This document shows, one piece after another, positions 49,614 to 58,807 of a DNA stretch of 64,000 nucleotides. Position numbers and translations under genes: made by a program. Below the pieces are notes generated by a model that was not told the origin of the DNA, made no database searches, and saw only the letters and a program-made list of their open reading frames with translations. This DNA is from a virus (lineage: Duplodnaviria > Caudoviricetes). Location of the stretch: IMG/VR virus record IMGVR_UViG_2595698880_000001, positions 17,657 through 81,656 of that record; one strand, written 5' to 3'. Each line of letters begins with the position of its first letter. Within the stretch, counting starts at the first letter, position 1.

Positions 49614-52099
49614 AAATAACACTTAATTCCAGGGAAAATAAACCATTAGATAATCCTCAAATGGTCATGAAGAAGAAATTAACATTGGGATCACCTCAAA
49701 ACGATCCCCTGCTTCTTCCTGTTGCTGTTGAACCTAAGTTACCAATAGTAAGACCTTCAACGGATATAAATGTTAATGTGCGGAAATTTGAGAAGCCTGA
49801 ATCTAAACAGAAGAAAAAGTTAACTTTACCATCCTTTAATTTTCAACTAGCCGAACCGATGAACACAACTTTCTCTGTAAAGCCTGTTCCTACAACAGAT
49901 AACGAAAAGATAAACGTATTCATAGAAGCTTTCGCAAATACTTACAAAGAATTTTTTAATCAAGTCCGGAATTTCTCGTACAGTGAAGATGGTTTGTCTA
50001 TACCTCAACAGGATAAAATTTTCATGGAAACAGTTATAGATAATAAAAAGGTGCAACAATTCATCACAACCAATGAGCACCAGGAAGAATATGTTGAGCA
50101 GCAAATAGGATTTACATGGTACAAAGCTCAAGTTTTAAAGCAGCAGCATGAAGTTATTGATTTTGATGTGGATAAGTCGATCATTTATGAGTTTACATTG
50201 AAATTTACACCGGCCCTAACATTAAAACCACACGAAAAACTGTCTGATAAAATGCTTCGTGACTTCCTTGAGCTTAGTAAATTGTTCAGGGATGACGAAA
50301 AAGCGCTGATCCAGTTTGGATTTCAACCATCAGAAAACGATTGGTATAAGGAAGGTAACGTTCAACTGAAGGACTTACCAACTAAAATCAAGAAAAGTGA
50401 ATACAGCACTAACAAGATGGGATATTCAGCGTTTGATTGTTGCTTGAGACTAATTGTTCAAAGTAACGATAAAATACGCTTAGAAACAATATCACGCGGT
50501 CTAGTCAGTACGTTGAAACGTTTAGAACATGACAATGAGCTTATTGCTAAACAAGTCAAACCGAAAAGGGCCAAACAATTCTACAAACGTAAAGTATTGG
50601 GCCGTAAAGTAGATGTTCCTTTATCATTCAGAAAGCGGTTCATTTTAACGAACAAGGAAATAGCTCACTTTATCGTACTTCCTAACAGAACATTACAGAA
50701 GGATTATCACCTGGAAGTAGATGAAAAAGGTGTGACTACAGTTCATAAAAACTTCTTATCCGGTAAAGGCTTGTGGTTAGGCGATGTAACTGTAAAAGGC
50801 AATAACAAGCAATTCCGTATTCCAACTGAAGAACTGGATCAGCTTTGTGGTACGTATGCATTCGTGGGCCAACCTAGAAGTGGAAAGGATATGAGTTGTT
50901 CGCGCTTTATAATTGAGCTTGCAAAACGCGGTCATGGAGCTGTAATAGGTGATGCAATCGATGAATCAGGTAGAGGAATGGCAGATATTATCAAACAAAA
51001 CTTACCTGAAGATAAGGTTATTGATATTGATTTAGCTGATTTTAATAATCCTGTATATTTTGGACTTGACGATGTTGTTGATGCAATAGGTGTTACCGGT
51101 GTGGACGTTGTAGCAAATGATCTTGTTGGAATTTTAGAATTAGATAAGAATTATAGTTCAAAACAATTAGCACGGTTAGTTGCGAAAGCTTGTAAATGCA
51201 ATTTATTTGAAATGTTTTCGTTCCTCAAGTCAGATAAATACGCACGAAGAATTCAAAAACGCGTTTTGGATGAAGGGAATGAACTTTTACATTTACAATT
51301 AGAAATGGAGTATTTCCAAACAACGATCCAGGCCAACGTAAGAGGGGCCGTAATAAATCGTCTTGATGAATTATTATCTATGTCTATCATGAAAAACCTA
51401 TTTGCTGCAAGACCAAACCCTAAATTCAATTTACAAAAATTCATTGAGCAAAATAAGGTAGTTCTGATCCGCATGAAAAAGGATGGAGGTTTAGGGGAAC
51501 AAGGTGTTAAGGTAATGATGAATTTACTTCTTTTGAAAGTTAGTTGGTTGAAAAAGATTAAACAAACAGATAACGTTACGTTCCTGGTATTTAATGAATT
51601 TCATCAGTACGCTACTGAAACTTTCAACGAAACATTAAGCTCTTTAATATTAGAAAGTCCAAAATACCGTCTAGGGATTAATTTAATCTTTCATACACCC
51701 AACAAAATTGACCGTAAATTGTACGAATGCATTCAATCAGGAGCTAAAGGACTGTTCTTATTTAAAAACGGAAATCTAGGGATATTCAGGGATATGTACG
51801 AACGTATCAAACCATTAGATGTTGAAGCTTGTCTCAAGATAAAACGTCATGAATGCCTTTACCTTAGTAACATCGAAGATTCAGAACCTTTCTTTATCCA
51901 AATGCATCCAACAGACAAATTCGATACAAATTATAAGTCAGTGAAACAAACATCCATTTACGGAACTAAAGCTTCAATCGTAAATAAAGACATATACGAA
52001 ACCGAAAAATGGATGTATGAGCCTGAACCTAAACCTGAAGAAAATGAAGAAAAAAGCGAAGAAAAACCAAAAAAATCTAAAAAAACTAAGAAAAATTGA
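49610..52099 (+). CDS. VirD4/TraG/HerA-like P-loop ATPase (FtsK-HerA superfamily)
   Basis: GQPRSGK Walker A, FLVFNEFHQY Walker B, ESPKYRLGINLIFH motif. Confidence 0.75.
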   Translation: MKITLNSRENKPLDNPQMVMKKKLTLGSPQNDPLLLPVAVEPKLPIVRPSTDINVNVRKFEKPESKQKKKLTLPSFNFQLAEPMNTTFSVKPVPTTDNEKINVFIEAFANTYKEFFNQVRNFSYSEDGLSIPQQDKIFMETVIDNKKVQQFITTNEHQEEYVEQQIGFTWYKAQVLKQQHEVIDFDVDKSIIYEFTLKFTPALTLKPHEKLSDKMLRDFLELSKLFRDDEKALIQFGFQPSENDWYKEGNVQLKDLPTKIKKSEYSTNKMGYSAFDCCLRLIVQSNDKIRLETISRGLVSTLKRLEHDNELIAKQVKPKRAKQFYKRKVLGRKVDVPLSFRKRFILTNKEIAHFIVLPNRTLQKDYHLEVDEKGVTTVHKNFLSGKGLWLGDVTVKGNNKQFRIPTEELDQLCGTYAFVGQPRSGKDMSCSRFIIELAKRGHGAVIGDAIDESGRGMADIIKQNLPEDKVIDIDLADFNNPVYFGLDDVVDAIGVTGVDVVANDLVGILELDKNYSSKQLARLVAKACKCNLFEMFSFLKSDKYARRIQKRVLDEGNELLHLQLEMEYFQTTIQANVRGAVINRLDELLSMSIMKNLFAARPNPKFNLQKFIEQNKVVLIRMKKDGGLGEQGVKVMMNLLLLKVSWLKKIKQTDNVTFLVFNEFHQYATETFNETLSSLILESPKYRLGINLIFHTPNKIDRKLYECIQSGAKGLFLFKNGNLGIFRDMYERIKPLDVEACLKIKRHECLYLSNIEDSEPFFIQMHPTDKFDTNYKSVKQTSIYGTKASIVNKDIYETEKWMYEPEPKPEENEEKSEEKPKKSKKTKKN

Positions 52100-52158
52100 C
52101 TTTAGTTTAACTTGATATTACCCACTGTTTTAGTCGGTGTTGAATTGGAGGTGAACTT

Positions 52159-52230
52159 ATGTTAACAATCATCGCGGTATCATGGATTGTTTATATAGCA
52201 AAAGAGCAATTAAAAAAGCCTTCCAAATAG
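52159..52230 (+). CDS. 23-aa membrane peptide (not in ORF track)
   Basis: RBS GGAGGTG; MLTIIAVSWIVYIAKEQLKKPSK. Confidence 0.5.
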   Translation: MLTIIAVSWIVYIAKEQLKKPSK

Positions 52231-52245
52231 GAGGGCTTTCTTTTT
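52212..52245. terminator. bidirectional terminator
   Basis: AAAAAAGCCTTCC-aaata-GGAGGGCTTTCTTTTT between convergent genes. Confidence 0.75.
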
Positions 52246-53143
52246 ATATTTCTTCCATGAATCCTTCTACTTTATCATGAAGCTTACGGTTAGCATCCAC
52301 ATAACTTTTGTACGTCACACTCGTATCTGAATGGCCCAAAAGTTCTGAAACATAACTGATTTCTAATCCTTTTTCCAATAAGTTTGTAGCTTGAGAAGCG
52401 CGGAAAATGTGACTTGAGAACTTTTCAACACCTGTTCGGCTACCGATTTTATCCAGGATTTGATTAACTCGACGTGTTGAAATTTGTTTCTTCGTACGTT
52501 CTGATTCAATTACGTATTCAGAATCCCATTTACGGCTATCTTTCATTTCCATAAGTTTTTCATAAGTCTTTCCAGTAATCATAGGGAAACGTTCTTTGTC
52601 ACCTTTACCAACTACGCGGATCACTATTCTACCGAAATCATTATCAACATCAGACCATTTAAGATTTACCAGCTCATTCACACGTAATGCTGCATCAAAC
52701 AGGATACGGATAATGCACTCTTCCATCAAGCTATCACAAGCAAATGTAAGGTTCTTGATTTCAGACGTTTTAAGAGTCTTTACAGGCTTTTTAAGCTTCT
52801 TAGGTAAATAACTACTTAATTCCTTTTTATCGATGAATGGAGCTTTTTTCATGCGTCCAGTACGGTTTAAGAATGAAAGGAACTCATTTGTGCTTACCGC
52901 TTTACGTTCGATTGTAGCAGCTGATGTATATTTGTGTTTAAGGTGATCGATGAAGTTAAGGAAATCTTCCTTCTCGAAGTTATTGATGTTCATATCCACA
53001 TCGTTCTGTTCCATATAAGTAACGAACTGATTAACGTCCGAAATGTAATTGATAACTGTATTAGCTGATTTGTTACGGCCTAACTCCTTTTCAAAAAGAT
53101 CGATATAGTGATTTAACGTTTTAACATTGTTGTATTTTGCCAT
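52244..53143 (-). CDS. XerC/D-like tyrosine recombinase
   Basis: SAM-like N-terminus, LRVNE, GKGDKER, HIFR, LGH, C-terminal Y; no arm-binding domain. Confidence 0.92.
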   Translation of the reverse strand: MAKYNNVKTLNHYIDLFEKELGRNKSANTVINYISDVNQFVTYMEQNDVDMNINNFEKEDFLNFIDHLKHKYTSAATIERKAVSTNEFLSFLNRTGRMKKAPFIDKKELSSYLPKKLKKPVKTLKTSEIKNLTFACDSLMEECIIRILFDAALRVNELVNLKWSDVDNDFGRIVIRVVGKGDKERFPMITGKTYEKLMEMKDSRKWDSEYVIESERTKKQISTRRVNQILDKIGSRTGVEKFSSHIFRASQATNLLEKGLEISYVSELLGHSDTSVTYKSYVDANRKLHDKVEGFMEEI

Positions 53144-53174
53144 TTCAATTTCCCCTTTCGGTTATCTTACTCTT

Positions 53175-53219
53175 AGTATACATGAGGAATGCGTAATAGT
53201 CAACTATTTCTTATAAGTA
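53175..53219 (-). promoter_or_regulatory. sigma-A promoter of recombinase with adjacent operator half-site
   Basis: TTGACT-17-(TG)TATACT; TACTTATAAGAA at 53208-53219 just upstream of -35. Confidence 0.75.
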
Positions 53220-53306
53220 AAATAATTTCTTTTCAGGTGAATAAAATGGACAAATTAGAATATAATAATAAAAAAAGCACCGGATCAGCACCGGCGCAAT
53301 TGTTAG

Positions 53307-55157
53307 TTATAGGTAAAGCTTTAATGTTACTTGTAACTTTTCAATCTTATCGTGAAGCTCTTTCGTTTCTTCCTGGTGAAGACGTTGAGCATGATTAGCT
53401 TCTTCTAAAATACGATCAATGTTCTTATCGTAAGACTGAACCTTTTCAGCTAAAGTGTTGTTCTTTTCTTCTAATTCAGTGATGATTTCATCTTTAGAAG
53501 CGTTACAATCATATACCTCTGTAAGTTCTTGTTTGTAAGAAAGATTAGCAGCTTCTAGCTCATTAGCACGTTTTAATTGTTCTTCATACAAACGTTTAAA
53601 CTCATGTGCTTCACCTTCATATCGATCACGTTCTTGAGACACGTTATCGAAATCGTATTTTACTTGTTCTAATTTAGCTTCTAGCACAAGTTGCCCTTCT
53701 TCGATTTCGCGTTTTTCAGATAACACACGTTTGTATGAATCGTCACGATTGTTGTAATCTTCTTCCAAATTAGTGTATCGCGCTGTTAATGAATCTAATT
53801 CTTTTTGTAAAAGTTGAGCTTTATCGACAATAGAATCACGTTCTGAAACCACTTGAGCAAATTGATCTTTTACATACTTAACGTTGCTATCTTTATGTTT
53901 GATGGAAGTTTGCAGCTGATTAATAACTGATTCTTTTTCCAATACTTTGTTTTCCCATGTTGTATTTAAAGTAGCAACAGCTTCTTCGAAACCTTCACGT
54001 TGTTGATCCATTTGCTTCTGAATCCGTTTGATCTCCTGGTCACGAGAAGAAACTTGCGATTTATAGCTTTCAACTGTTTCTTCAAGATTAGTGATAACCT
54101 TGTCCAATTTACTTACTTGTGAAGCTGATGTATCCGGTTTAATAGCAGTAGCCATCATATCTTTTGAATCCCCCTGTTGTTTCTTCTTAGTTGATACACC
54201 TTTACGTTGATTTGAAATAACAGCGCTTTTAGTTGTATCAGTTAAACCATTTTCTTTCTTCCAACCATAATAAGAAGCGTTATTAAGTCTGAAGAACTTC
54301 ATAATCTTACCGTTTGATTTACCTTCGTTACGCATTTTGTGATAAATTTCAACAGTCAATCCATTCAAAGGTTTTTTAGCGTTAAACATAGTAACAACAC
54401 TCTCCTGTTTTTTAATATTTTTAGGACTAGGTTTTCTAACTACTTGTGCTCTCTCTTTCACTACGTTGTCGAATTGACCTTGACCTTTTAAATAATTTTC
54501 TAGCAGCGGTTTAACTTTGTTTTTGATAATACGCGAAACCTGGACTTGAGTAACGCCAATCAATTCACCAATTTCATTTTGCGTTTTACCATCCATCACA
54601 AGTTTGACCACATTGACAGTACGTTCATCCAATGTTTCCAGGAACTCATTCACGAAAGTATGGGAGTAATCGTCGAAATCACCAACTTGATCCGCTAGGG
54701 TAATGGGGTCACCGTCATTTTCGTAAACAGTTTGTTCAATGAAAGCAGGATTTCGTACCTTCAAATAATATAATAACTCGTCTACTTCCGATAAGTCAAG
54801 CTCTAATTTTTCAGCAATTTCTTCACGCTTCAATCCTTCGCATTCATTCATACGAAACTTAGCGGCCCATTCTTTCAAACGTCTAGGTGATTTAATAATA
54901 CCATCATCACGAATAAAACGTTGGATTTCACCGATCATCATAGGAACAGCGTAAGTTGACCACTTCACTTTAAAAGAATCGTCAAACTTATCGAAAGCTT
55001 TCAAATAGCCAATAGAAGCTAATTGAAACAAATCATTGTTATCATAACCGCGATTCTGAAAACGATATACAACTGACCATATGAGCCTTAAATTACGTTG
55101 AACATGGTCATCCCTGTTTTCTAACACACCTTCAATCATTGTTTCAGTCTTATACAA
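53307..55157 (-). CDS. SigF/SigG-like sigma factor fused to HTH and long coiled coil
   Basis: NLRLIWSVVYRF..DLFQ..GYLKA.DKFD..WSTYAVPMMIGEIQRFIRDDG; TQNEIGELIGVTQVQVSRI; heptad-rich C-terminus. Confidence 0.9.
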   Translation of the reverse strand: MYKTETMIEGVLENRDDHVQRNLRLIWSVVYRFQNRGYDNNDLFQLASIGYLKAFDKFDDSFKVKWSTYAVPMMIGEIQRFIRDDGIIKSPRRLKEWAAKFRMNECEGLKREEIAEKLELDLSEVDELLYYLKVRNPAFIEQTVYENDGDPITLADQVGDFDDYSHTFVNEFLETLDERTVNVVKLVMDGKTQNEIGELIGVTQVQVSRIIKNKVKPLLENYLKGQGQFDNVVKERAQVVRKPSPKNIKKQESVVTMFNAKKPLNGLTVEIYHKMRNEGKSNGKIMKFFRLNNASYYGWKKENGLTDTTKSAVISNQRKGVSTKKKQQGDSKDMMATAIKPDTSASQVSKLDKVITNLEETVESYKSQVSSRDQEIKRIQKQMDQQREGFEEAVATLNTTWENKVLEKESVINQLQTSIKHKDSNVKYVKDQFAQVVSERDSIVDKAQLLQKELDSLTARYTNLEEDYNNRDDSYKRVLSEKREIEEGQLVLEAKLEQVKYDFDNVSQERDRYEGEAHEFKRLYEEQLKRANELEAANLSYKQELTEVYDCNASKDEIITELEEKNNTLAEKVQSYDKNIDRILEEANHAQRLHQEETKELHDKIEKLQVTLKLYL

Positions 55158-55185
55158 ATCTATTCCCCCTTTTCATCGGTACGGC

Positions 55186-55575
55186 CTAATTCTCTTCCAT
55201 TTCATTAACCAATGGCTTAGATACGAATTTAACCACACCATCAGAAAAATCAGCTTTTACTTCCAGGGACATAATGTGTTTCTTACCAAACGACTCAAGC
55301 TTGTACAACGAAATAGTACGTGTAAAGCGATTGTTCGGACTAGAAGAAGTTTTAAGTATGTAGCCTTGACGTTCGAATTCTTCCAGTGATCCGCATTCAC
55401 TAACCAAAATCAATTGCTGATAAGCATTTTCTACTGTTTCCTTATGCTTCTGATAAACAAGTTCAAACATCTTCGTGTAATCAACAACATCTGAAGGAGT
55501 AGAACCGGCGTTAGCAGCTCTTACACGCTTGTAATTGACTGTTTCACCAAATGTATACTCTTTCTTTTCATCCAT
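55186..55575 (-). CDS. hypothetical protein
   Basis: 129 aa ORF in operon. Confidence 0.55.
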   Translation of the reverse strand: MDEKKEYTFGETVNYKRVRAANAGSTPSDVVDYTKMFELVYQKHKETVENAYQQLILVSECGSLEEFERQGYILKTSSSPNNRFTRTISLYKLESFGKKHIMSLEVKADFSDGVVKFVSKPLVNEMEEN

Positions 55576-55578
55576 AAC

Positions 55579-55815
55579 CTATAACCCCCATTTACCTGTT
55601 AAAGTATTTGTTAATTCCACCGTAAGGTTCATTTCGAGTGTGTACCAACCTCTAACCTTTTGGCAAGTTGTACCTTTATTTAACCAAACATTTCCTGCTT
55701 CGTCAACAATAATATTATAATTTAATTGGGCCGCTAAACTTTCACAATTCTTTTTTGTCACTTCTAAATGCTGATCTAAACCTGCTGTCAATTTACTTCC
55801 AAACATGATTTCCAC
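55579..55815 (-). CDS. hypothetical protein
   Basis: 78 aa ORF, RBS AGAGGTG (ATG 55806 likely). Confidence 0.5.
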   Translation of the reverse strand: MEIMFGSKLTAGLDQHLEVTKKNCESLAAQLNYNIIVDEAGNVWLNKGTTCQKVRGWYTLEMNLTVELTNTLTGKWGL

Positions 55816-55855
55816 CTCTTTTTAAAATTTGTTGTATCAAAACTGAATAACAAGG

Positions 55856-56104
55856 GAACAGTTAAATAATAATTAAATAATATATATAATTAAATATAAT
55901 TTATAATTAAATATAATTTACATTTCTATTTATATTATAATTAAAATATAATTAACAGTTCAAGTAAATATAGTTCTTTATTAACAATTAAATATAATTA
56001 ATAATTATTTATAACTAACAATTAAAACACTAATAACAATTAGCCTTAACCAACAAGAATCTTTATTTAATAATTAACAATAACTAATAACAAATATAAA
56101 AACA
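55856..56104. other. extremely AT-rich intergenic tract (candidate origin/unwinding element)
   Basis: almost only A/T, short repeats AATTAAATATAATT and TAATAACAA, between divergent units. Confidence 0.5.
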
Positions 56105-56135
56105 TTGTCGATCAAAAAAATGTGCGAAGAAATTG

Positions 56136-56164
56136 TTGCACCGTCTTCCAGGATCAGTTATAAT
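56136..56164 (+). promoter_or_regulatory. sigma-A promoter
   Basis: TTGCAC-17-TATAAT upstream of the Rha gene. Confidence 0.7.
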
Positions 56165-56194
56165 ACAAGCATAACGATATGGGAGGTAGAAAAG

Positions 56195-56917
56195 ATGAAA
56201 AGTGATTTAGTTTATGTAACAGGCGAAAATGTTGTGACTGACAGTTTGGTTATATGTAATGTATTCGGTAAACGACACGCTGATGTGTTAAGAGATATTG
56301 ATGTTCAAATGGATAAGCTTGAAGCAGCTGGTGAACAAGAATTTTCACAACGCAACTTTGCGTTATCAAATTATGAAATGCGCGGTAAGTCATATCGTAA
56401 ATATCTTCTAACTGAAGACGGTTTCGCTTTAATCGTTATGTCATATGTAACTCCTGCTGCAATGTCAATGAAAGTTGCGTTCCTTGCAGAATTCAAGAAG
56501 ATGAAGGAATACATTCAGAACAATTTGAAACAACCTTCATATATGATTGCTGATCCGATTGCCAGGGCTGAAAAATGGATCGAAGAACAAAAAGAAAAAC
56601 AGATGTTAGAACAAATCGTAACCGAACAAAAACCTAAAGTTGAGTCATATGACCGCTACATAGACATCGAAGACACACATTGTATCCGTGACGTTGGTAA
56701 AATTTTAGGTTACGGTCAGAAGGAATTCTTCAACCTTCTTAAAGATAATGGAATTTTATACAAGAACCGGAATATCCCAATTCAGAAATATATCGATTCA
56801 GGATTTTTTGTTCTTAAAACCGGCCCTGCTGTCCACGCTGAAAAGACATTCACTCAAGCACGTATAACGAATAAGGGGCTAGATTGGTTATCGAAGAAAT
56901 TCAGTAAGGCTAGTTAA
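56195..56917 (+). CDS. Rha family regulator with C-terminal ANT/KilAC antirepressor domain
   Basis: VTDSL..FGKRHADVLRDI..YLLTEDGF; QPSYMIADPIARAEKWIEE..KPKV..ITNKGLDWL. Confidence 0.9.
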   Translation: MKSDLVYVTGENVVTDSLVICNVFGKRHADVLRDIDVQMDKLEAAGEQEFSQRNFALSNYEMRGKSYRKYLLTEDGFALIVMSYVTPAAMSMKVAFLAEFKKMKEYIQNNLKQPSYMIADPIARAEKWIEEQKEKQMLEQIVTEQKPKVESYDRYIDIEDTHCIRDVGKILGYGQKEFFNLLKDNGILYKNRNIPIQKYIDSGFFVLKTGPAVHAEKTFTQARITNKGLDWLSKKFSKAS

Positions 56918-57000
56918 CGTTTATCAACTTCCTGAAATTGGTCATTTACTAGGTTAATCTCCTGGTGATATGATTGATTTCGAAAGGGAGTTGATTTTTT

Positions 57001-57603
57001 ATGAAGAAAATCGTAGCAACTACAGTATTAACAGCTGCTTTACTAATTCCTACTACAAGTTTAGCCGCTACTACCTACACTGTACAACCAAATGATACAA
57101 TGTGGAAGATTGCAGTTAAGAATAAAGTAGGGGTACAAGAATTAATCAATGCAAATTCTTCGCTCAAGAATCCAAATTTAATCTATGTGGGACAAAAGTT
57201 AACGATCCCCACACAAGATAGTTCATATGAGCAACAAGTGATCCAGCTAGTGAACAAAGAAAGAGCTAAAGCAGGACTAAAACCACTTGTAGAAAATTGG
57301 GAGTTGTCAAGGGTAGCTGAATTTAAGTCAGAAGATATGAGGGATAATAACTATTTCGATCATACTTCTAAAAAATACGGATCACCTTTTACCATGATTA
57401 AGAATTTTGGTATCTCATATAAAACAGCAGGGGAGAATATTGCAGCTGGTCAGAAAACACCGGAGGAAGTAATGAAAGCGTGGATGAATTCACCAGGGCA
57501 TAAGGCGAATATTCTAAATGGTGGATATACACAAATCGGTGTAGGTTATGTTACCGGCGGTAGTTATGGTTCGTATTGGACACAACAATTTATTTCACAA
57601 TAA
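57001..57603 (+). CDS. secreted LysM (SafA-type) + CAP/SCP (YkwD-like) protein
   Basis: signal peptide, YTVQPNDTMWKIA..NPNLIYVGQKL, LVNKERAK..GENIAAGQ..WMNSPGHKANIL..YWTQQF. Confidence 0.9.
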   Translation: MKKIVATTVLTAALLIPTTSLAATTYTVQPNDTMWKIAVKNKVGVQELINANSSLKNPNLIYVGQKLTIPTQDSSYEQQVIQLVNKERAKAGLKPLVENWELSRVAEFKSEDMRDNNYFDHTSKKYGSPFTMIKNFGISYKTAGENIAAGQKTPEEVMKAWMNSPGHKANILNGGYTQIGVGYVTGGSYGSYWTQQFISQ

Positions 57604-57641
57604 GCCTTGACTTTTCATCGGACAGGCCATATACTATTAAC

Positions 57642-57705
57642 AACGGATAGTTATTTCGTACTTTTCTCATTAGACTGTAGGTGTGGAAACCTATGGTCTT
57701 TCTTT
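57642..57705 (+). ncRNA. candidate small RNA (about 65 nt)
   Basis: TTGACT-17-TATACT (57607-57635), no ORF, terminator AGACTGTAGGT/ACCTATGGTCT+T. Confidence 0.6.
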
Positions 57706-58009
57706 ATGTAGATAGGGGTATATACTTTTTGAGCTGTTGTGCTTATTAAGCATATCGATTTATTTCACATTCATAATATTTGAAGTTGCAACAGATAGGG
57801 GTAGGTTACGAATAGACTGATCCGCTAATTTTGGACATCGAAGTAAATCAAAGTGATAGAATTTGACTCCTGTAAGGTAGGGGTGGTAACATTTTGTGGC
57901 TTTTTTTCGAAAATCAAAGTCGAATTAATTCACGCTGTCAGTTTTACAACTTCTAAAAAAATGAGCAGAAAAATGTTTCAACACTGAAAAAACAGTGTAT
58001 GATATAAGT

Positions 58010-58228
58010 GTAACAACAAACTAACTCACTCTCTCATATGTTTCATGATCGTAGTAGCTAATTTGATACAAAATTTGATTCCCCCTCAAATTTATTTGTT
58101 GAATAAGCGATGATATGCCAAAAAAGGAAACTCCAATATCATATGTAAATATAAAACGAATGTTTTTCTAACTCCTGTTTTTTCATTCGGATTATAAATA
58201 CATTTTGATGTCGGTGTTTCCTTTTTTT
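58010..58228 (+). ncRNA. candidate structured sRNA/leader with C-rich loops
   Basis: TG-TATGAT at 57996-58003; hairpins with TTCCCCC and AACTCCT loops; ends in long stem + T7. Confidence 0.5.
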
Positions 58229-58257
58229 ATTATACAAAAACTAAGGAGTGTTCAAAT

Positions 58258-58707
58258 ATGTTCAATAGAAATGTGACAATGGATATTATGTGTAAGCGAT
58301 GCAAAAGAAAAACTGATGCAACAGACTTTCCAGCTCATAAAATTGCAATAAGATGTGAATGCGGTGGATGGTTGATAACTCCAACAGGTACATTTGATGC
58401 ACAATTAGTTTATCATAAGCATGCATTTTCATTAGCAAGCAAAACAAAAGTTTCTGTTATCATTTCTGATAGCCTAGAAAACGCCGTTGCTTATTTTGAA
58501 AATCTTCACGATGAAACTGTAGATCAAACACATCAAATCAAACCAACAAATTATCAAGACATCACATTCACTCAATTAATCAAATATGAAGACGGATCAG
58601 AAGAAGAAGTTGTTGCTGATTTGTGCGATTTAATTTTCAGCTGCAATCAAGACAACCTGGAAGCAACTTGTATGACGATGGAAGAATATTTACAACGCTT
58701 CAGTTAA
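58258..58707 (+). CDS. zinc-ribbon hypothetical protein
   Basis: CKRC...CECGG; RBS AAGGAGTG. Confidence 0.65.
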   Translation: MFNRNVTMDIMCKRCKRKTDATDFPAHKIAIRCECGGWLITPTGTFDAQLVYHKHAFSLASKTKVSVIISDSLENAVAYFENLHDETVDQTHQIKPTNYQDITFTQLIKYEDGSEEEVVADLCDLIFSCNQDNLEATCMTMEEYLQRFS

Positions 58708-58807
58708 CTTCAAAACTTTTCTGATCCGAAATTTCTCTTGATAATCTTCAAGAGTTTTTTTATTTTTTTGGAGTTTTTTTATTTTTTCTAGCTACCAGCA
58801 GCTACCT

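Noticed and set aside
56918-57000. Sporulation-sigma promoter for the LysM-CAP gene
   Set aside because: TCATTT...GATATGAT spacing does not fit sigma-E, F, G or K consensus well enough
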